From the NCBI GenBank assembly GCA_046075565.1, contig JBJTQJ010000018.1, positions 1 through 32,324 of the forward strand: 32,324 nucleotides of DNA. The letters run 5' to 3'. The position numbers and the translations under genes were made by a program. Source of the stretch: Verrucomicrobiales bacterium. GTDB lineage: Bacteria; Verrucomicrobiota; Verrucomicrobiia; Verrucomicrobiales; SLCJ01. The stretch's first letter is position 1, and every line of letters starts with the position of its first letter. Under the pieces are notes generated by a model. The model made no database searches. It was given only the letters and a program-made list of their open reading frames with translations, and was not told the DNA's origin. Shown here one piece after another: positions 27,498 through 32,324 of this stretch.

Positions 27498-29456
27498 TTA
27501 CCAGTCCTTCATTTGGGTTGACGGAGGTTTCGGCGCATTCGGTGGAGGAATTCTGACGCTCCGTTCCTGCGAGCGATTCTCGAGGTTGCGCTTCAGGTTT
27601 TCCAGGAGTTGTCTACGTTCCACGGGATCCGCGGGAAGAATGATACGCCCATCGGGACCGACACGCACCGGCACGGCCTGTGCCGAGGCTTTGCCGCCCT
27701 CCTCGCCGGTGGAAGCATCCTTGAGATTCTCGGGGTTGGCATCGAGTTGCCGCTGGCGCATTTGCTCCTCGGTGCCTTCGCCTTCGGCAGCAGTGGGGTC
27801 CTTGCCACTTTTGCCATCGTCACCCGGTTGTTTTTCTCCCGAGTTGCCTTGTTCGCTTTGTTCTCCCTTTTTGACTCCGGATTGATCTCCATCTTCCTGA
27901 TTTTTGGGTTCACCGCCCGGTTGATCACCGGATTCCCCTTCGTTGGATGTCTGGTCTTCCGGCTTGCCTTGTTGCGGGTTTCTATCCTGCTCTTCTTTTT
28001 GTTCTTGTTTTTTCTGCTCCTCTTTTCGCTTCTCCTCCTCCTTGCGATCGGAGAGCTTCTTGCGCAATTCATCGAGGGCCTTTTTGACCATGGCATGGCG
28101 TTCTCCGAGTGCCTCTCCGCCCTGAAGGCCTGTGCCGTAGCCTAGATGTTCGAGTGAATCTTCCCAATCGAGCACGGTTTTCTCCATATCGGATATTTTC
28201 CATTCCTTCTCCTTTTCCGCGGGCAAACGGGCGCGACCTTTTTCGTAAACCGCACCGGCGAAATTTCCGAGAGCTGGAATTTGTTCGTGGTTGGATCCCG
28301 AGACCATCACCCGGCATGCGGACGAACGTGCTTGCTCCCAATCCGCTCGCCGCAGGGCCTCGGCGGATGCCGCGACTGGATCCGCGGGCAAGGGCTTGTC
28401 CTCCGCAGCGGAAGCATCGCCATGGAAACCACAGAACAGAATGGCCAATGCTGCCACGGCGGCCTTGCTCGTCAAGCGAGGCCAGAAGATGCAGAGGGCG
28501 AAAAGCAGGAGAGCGGGGAACAACACCCATTGGAAACGATCGGAAGCCCGGCTGCGTTTCTTTTCTTTTGCCTCCGCTTTCTCCAACCGTTGTAAACCGT
28601 CGGCGAATTGTCCGGGCAGGGAACCGGACGAGGTGAGTTCCGCCGCGTATCCCCCGCTGGCTTCGGCGAGTTTCCGGAGGTGCCGCGTGGTCGCTTTGGT
28701 TACCACAGGTTGCCCATCCGGGGCGCGGATGAATCCGCCCGGCGCTTTCGGGAAAGGAATCATCGCCCCTCGATCCGTGCCGATGCTGAAACCGAAAATC
28801 AGCACGCTTTTGTCCTTCGCTTTGGCTGCCAGCCCATCGAGGTCGCCTTCCAGATCCTCGCCGTCGCTGAGGATGACCAGTGCCCGCTGGCGTGGGCCGG
28901 CTTCATCCAATGTATCGAGGGCGGCTTCAATGGCAGCGGCCAGACGAGTGCCCCCGACGGGCAGGCTTTCCGTGTCGATTCCGAGGATGGTTTCGCGGAT
29001 CGCCTCGTGATCATTCGTGAGCGGGGCCATGGGAAAGGCGGTGCCCGCGAAGGCAAGGATACCGACCCGGTCATCCGGAACGGAGCGCAACAAATCGAGG
29101 GCGGCCAACTTCGCGGCTTCAAGGCGGTTCGGCGCGGCGTCGGTCGCGAGCATGCTCTTCGAGGTATCAATTGCGACGAGGATGTCGCGGGCACGTGCCA
29201 GTTCTTCGACGGATTCCTGCCCCAACTGTGGACGTGCCATGGCGAAGCCGAGGGAAAGCAGAAGAAGGAAACGCAGCAGATGCCGCGCCCAGAACCTGGT
29301 TGCCGGCGCGGAGGGGAGCAAAAGCGGTTGTAGCCGCGCTGGCACGAACCCATCGATCTTTTTGCGCTTCTCGCGGGCGCGGGCCAACCACCAGCCAGCC
29401 ACCGGCAACAGGGCCAGGGGCAAAGCGAGCCAAAAAGGTTGGAGAAGGGTGGGCAT
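27498..29456 (-). CDS. BatB-like VWA protein with a BatC-like charged tail
   Basis: AMARPQLG, MIDAS DTSKSM, PNRL, PLTND, LSDGED; E/K/Q-rich tail ending KDW; start set to ATG 29456. Confidence 0.85.
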   Translation of the reverse strand: MPTLLQPFWLALPLALLPVAGWWLARAREKRKKIDGFVPARLQPLLLPSAPATRFWARHLLRFLLLLSLGFAMARPQLGQESVEELARARDILVAIDTSKSMLATDAAPNRLEAAKLAALDLLRSVPDDRVGILAFAGTAFPMAPLTNDHEAIRETILGIDTESLPVGGTRLAAAIEAALDTLDEAGPRQRALVILSDGEDLEGDLDGLAAKAKDKSVLIFGFSIGTDRGAMIPFPKAPGGFIRAPDGQPVVTKATTRHLRKLAEASGGYAAELTSSGSLPGQFADGLQRLEKAEAKEKKRSRASDRFQWVLFPALLLFALCIFWPRLTSKAAVAALAILFCGFHGDASAAEDKPLPADPVAASAEALRRADWEQARSSACRVMVSGSNHEQIPALGNFAGAVYEKGRARLPAEKEKEWKISDMEKTVLDWEDSLEHLGYGTGLQGGEALGERHAMVKKALDELRKKLSDRKEEEKRKEEQKKQEQKEEQDRNPQQGKPEDQTSNEGESGDQPGGEPKNQEDGDQSGVKKGEQSEQGNSGEKQPGDDGKSGKDPTAAEGEGTEEQMRQRQLDANPENLKDASTGEEGGKASAQAVPVRVGPDGRIILPADPVERRQLLENLKRNLENRSQERSVRIPPPNAPKPPSTQMKDW

Positions 29457-29470
29457 GAGAAAAGGATGAA

Positions 29471-30481
29471 TCAAGCGGGGAGGGCGCGTTCCTCCGGAAG
29501 CGGCCGCAGGCAGTCTAACAGAACCAATAATACCGCTGGCAGCAGAAACCACGCGAAGACATCCTGCCGGTGCGTGATGCTGCGGCTGGCCAGCGTGCTT
29601 TTTTCGAGCGTGTCGATGGATGAAAAGGCATCGCGTAGGTTGGCGGTCGCCTCCGCACGGTAACTCTGCCCGCCGCTCAAGCGGGCGATCTCTGCCATCG
29701 TTGCGGGATCGTATTCGTTCGTGAGACGGGCGAGCCGCTCGCCGCCGAACTCATCCGGAATGCGGATCACGGTCGTGCCGGTTCCTCCGACCGTGATGGT
29801 GTAGATGCGGATGCCGAGCGCGGCCGCTTGCCTTGCCGCGTCCAAAGGATCCAGCTCCCCTGCGTTGCTTTTACCATCGGTGATTAAGACCAGGATGCGG
29901 GATTTGCTTTTCTGTTTGTTCAGACGGCTGGCTCCGGATGCGATGGCGGATCCAATCGCCGTGCCATCTTCAACCATGCCGATCCGAATGGCAGCCATGC
30001 GTTCTAGCACCCAGTCGTGGTTCAGAATCGGCACGCTCACGGGATACGGCCGCCCGGCGAAAGCGACCATGCCGATGCGATCATTCGGCCGGCCGCGGAT
30101 GAATTCCTTGCACACCGCTTTCGCCGCCACGAGCCGGTCCTTCCGTTCCCCTTCGAGCACAAAATCCACCGCCGTCATCGAACGTGAGACGTCGAGGGCG
30201 ATCATGATGTCGATGCCGCTGTATTCCCGTTGTTCCTCGACTTCGAGTTTCTGCGGCCTGGCCATCGCGGTGACCGCGAGGATATAAGCGGGGATGAGCC
30301 AGCTCCATCTAGCCCCCCAGCTGTGCGTGCGCGGCATCGTGCCGATTTTGCCTAACAAATGGAATCCGCCATAACGCAGGCCGCGGCGCGATGACCCGCC
30401 GCCGAGCGCGAAAAAGAAGACGGGCACGAGCAGCAATGCCCAGAACCACGCGGGATCCGCGAATTCATAATCCTTCATCAT
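29471..30481 (-). CDS. batA: BatA-like VWA domain protein
   Basis: FADPAWFW, AMARPQ, GIDIMIALDVSRSM, DRIGMVAFAG, DGTAIGSAI, LITDGKSNAG. Confidence 0.85.
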   Translation of the reverse strand: MMKDYEFADPAWFWALLLVPVFFFALGGGSSRRGLRYGGFHLLGKIGTMPRTHSWGARWSWLIPAYILAVTAMARPQKLEVEEQREYSGIDIMIALDVSRSMTAVDFVLEGERKDRLVAAKAVCKEFIRGRPNDRIGMVAFAGRPYPVSVPILNHDWVLERMAAIRIGMVEDGTAIGSAIASGASRLNKQKSKSRILVLITDGKSNAGELDPLDAARQAAALGIRIYTITVGGTGTTVIRIPDEFGGERLARLTNEYDPATMAEIARLSGGQSYRAEATANLRDAFSSIDTLEKSTLASRSITHRQDVFAWFLLPAVLLVLLDCLRPLPEERALPA

Positions 30482-30963
30482 GGGGCGCCCCCTTGCGTTG
30501 ATGTCTGCCCGGTGGTTTTGAGAAATGTCTCCGCCAGTGCGCGGGCATCATCCCAATCGGCGCGGGTTGGATGAAGGCGGCACGACAGCGATTCCATTTC
30601 CACGAGCAGATTCGTTAGTTCGCGCCAAGCTTCCGCCGCACGCAGGCCGCTGAATGAGCGTGCGGGGTGGGCAAGACCGGGGCCCATGCCAACAGCACCG
30701 AGGTAAGCGCGCAGCACCCGGGCGCCTGCCGCAGCCGAGCGATCGACCGGCCAGTCCGCTGGAATTGCCGAGAGCGCGTTCAGGGCTCTGTTCGAGGGAA
30801 GGGGCGGAGGCAAGGGCAAAGGACGCTTTCTTAGGAACCGGCGGGACAACACAACCGCCGTGATTAGGAGAATAACCAGTGCCACGCCCGCGCCTGCCCA
30901 ATGCTGCCAGGACAATTCCGGTGGCGGGGCGGGTGGCAGGGCTTGGTATTGTTCCCAGGGCAT
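30478..30963 (-). CDS. Single-TM bat-cluster protein (DUF4381-like)
   Basis: Pro-rich N-terminus, one TM segment, LRAYL; located between DUF58 and batA with a 4-bp overlap. Confidence 0.65.
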   Translation of the reverse strand: MPWEQYQALPPAPPPELSWQHWAGAGVALVILLITAVVLSRRFLRKRPLPLPPPLPSNRALNALSAIPADWPVDRSAAAGARVLRAYLGAVGMGPGLAHPARSFSGLRAAEAWRELTNLLVEMESLSCRLHPTRADWDDARALAETFLKTTGQTSTQGGAP

Positions 30964-30972
30964 GGCTCGGAA

Positions 30973-31761
30973 TCAGTGCGGGTGTTTCGAGCGGCGGCGC
31001 AGGTGGGCATGCAGCGCGGGAGTGAAATCGGAATCGGTGGCCGCGGCCAGCATCGAACATCCGGCCTTGTTACATTGATCTTCCTTTTTTTCTCTCCATC
31101 GCCTTGCCGCCACGGCGATTGCCGTGCGCGTTTGCGGTTTGCTCGTGTCCAATAGACATGATTGGGTTTCGTCCTCTGGATCGATCACGGCGATGAGGCC
31201 CATGTCCGGTATGCGATCTTCAGCAGGGTCGCGGATGAGCACGGCAGTGACATCGTGTTTTTTCGCCACCGGCCGGAGTGTTTCGGAAAATCCCGGACCG
31301 ACCATGTCGGAAATGAGGAAGACGAGCGCGCGTCGTGGCACGGCTTTGCGCAGTCCTTCGAGCGCCGCTGCCGGGCCTTTTCCTCCACTTTCGCCCTTGC
31401 GGGCGAGGATCTCCCTCAGCACACGCAGGACATGGGGACGCCCTCGCATGGCGGGGAGCATGAGGTCGATGCCTTTGGAGAACAAAATCAATCCTACCTT
31501 GTCATTGTTGCGCAGGGCGGAGAAAGCAATGGTCGCCGCCACTTCCGCCGCCAGCGCCCGTTTGTTCAACCGGGCATGAGCCGGTTTGTTCTCCGCGGGC
31601 ACGGTGCCGAAGTCCATCGACGGGCTGATATCCACGAGCAGATACACGAGCAATTCACGTTCCTCGATAAAGGTGCGGATGAACGGATCCTGCAGACGCG
31701 CGGTGACATTCCAGTCGATATTTCTCGTCTCATCGCCAGGCAGGTAGGCTCGGTGTTCGAT
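30973..31761 (-). pseudogene. DUF58 domain protein lacking its N-terminus
   Basis: Frame extends upstream of the called start: EHRAYLPGDETRNIDWNVTAR...FIEEREL; it then hits AT-rich DNA and an in-frame TAG (31770-31768) with no start codon. Confidence 0.85.
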
Positions 31762-31930
31762 ATGTAGCTAGTATTAATTCCTACTATGTAGGTTTTTTAA
31801 TTGTACTGAGGTCCTATGTATGTAGGATCCTAGGCTTGTATCAAGTCCTTACGTATGTATGTAGGTTATACTAATTCCTAATGAGTACGATTTTTTTGCT
31901 TATACTGAATTCCTATGTATGTAGAAAAAA
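31762..31930. repeat. AT-rich DNA with degenerate CCTA(TGTA)nGG-type repeats
   Basis: About 32% GC by hand count over 31762-31920; motif copies at 31778-31792, 31811-31826, 31845-31865 and 31910-31924. Confidence 0.7.
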
Positions 31931-31933
31931 TTA

Positions 31934-32304
31934 GCCATGTTTTTCCATTTAGGAAAAGTTCGACATTTCTCACCCATACCCACACCCAGTTTTTCCATTT
32001 AGGAAAAGTTCGACATTTCACACCCATACCCACACCCACACCCACACCCACAACAATATTACCCACAACAATATTTCCCAGTTTTGCCATGTTTTTCCAT
32101 TTAGGAAAAGTTCGAAATTTCACACCCATACCCACACACAGTTTTTCCATTTAGGAAAAGTTCGACATTTCACACCCATACACCCACACCCATACCCATA
32201 CCCACACCCACACCCACACCCAAACCCACACCCGCACCCACACCCACACCCACACCCGCACCCACACCCACACCCACACCCACACCCACACCCACAACAA
32301 TATT
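31934..32304. repeat. Composite satellite: four copies of GTTTTTCCATTTAGGAAAAGTTCGA(C/A)ATTT interspersed with (CACACC/CATACC)n
   Basis: Copies start at 31939, 31989, 32091 and 32141; long CCCACA hexamer run from ~32171 to 32295. Confidence 0.95.
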
Positions 32305-32324
32305 TGGATGTATGAGCTTGTACC

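Noticed and set aside
31878-32154. ORFs 31878-32150 (-) and 31915-32154 (+)
   Set aside because: These are translations of the satellite (VGVGVG / PTPTPT) with no coding signal
31939-32170. CRISPR array (30-bp GTTTT-starting palindromic repeat, four copies)
   Set aside because: The intervening sequences are near-identical low-complexity CACACC runs of 20, 72 and 20 bp rather than unique spacers; no cas genes in the window
32171-32295. Yeast-like C1-3A telomere
   Set aside because: The C-rich strand runs toward the right end (opposite to telomere polarity), the repeat is a regular hexamer, and non-repeat sequence follows

Overview
GC-rich bacterial DNA whose gene content (DUF1553/DUF1501 pair, DUF1080, ThuA-like protein, scattered nuo genes, bat cluster) suggests the PVC superphylum, most likely Verrucomicrobiota (inference). 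Left to right: a small repeat-built secreted protein; an IS3-family element (729-2215, perfect 26-bp IRs, A_AAA_AAG frameshift site, apparently lost orfA start codon, no target-site duplication) that truncates a Zn-ribbon gene; housekeeping and carbohydrate genes (ThuA-like, RluA, GT2, DUF1080, nagA, DUF5329, gpgS, nuoCB); DUF1553-DUF1501; GATase and ABC ATPase; an unusual block in which the N-terminal ~465 aa of pyruvate:ferredoxin oxidoreductase (NifJ) run in frame into the C-terminal ~190 aa of NuoM, followed by a nuoN with an in-frame TAG and an Fe-S Rrf2 regulator with candidate GAC-N6-RTC operators; GT2, a 4xLysM protein and an amidase; and a batA-E/DUF58 cluster. The DUF58 gene breaks abruptly at ~31761 into AT-rich, satellite-like DNA that does not look bacterial. 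The most notable signals are the NifJ-NuoM junction (real deletion remnant of a PFOR-linked second complex I operon, or an assembly chimera) and the foreign repeat tail. All family calls come from motif recognition by eye, without database searches.
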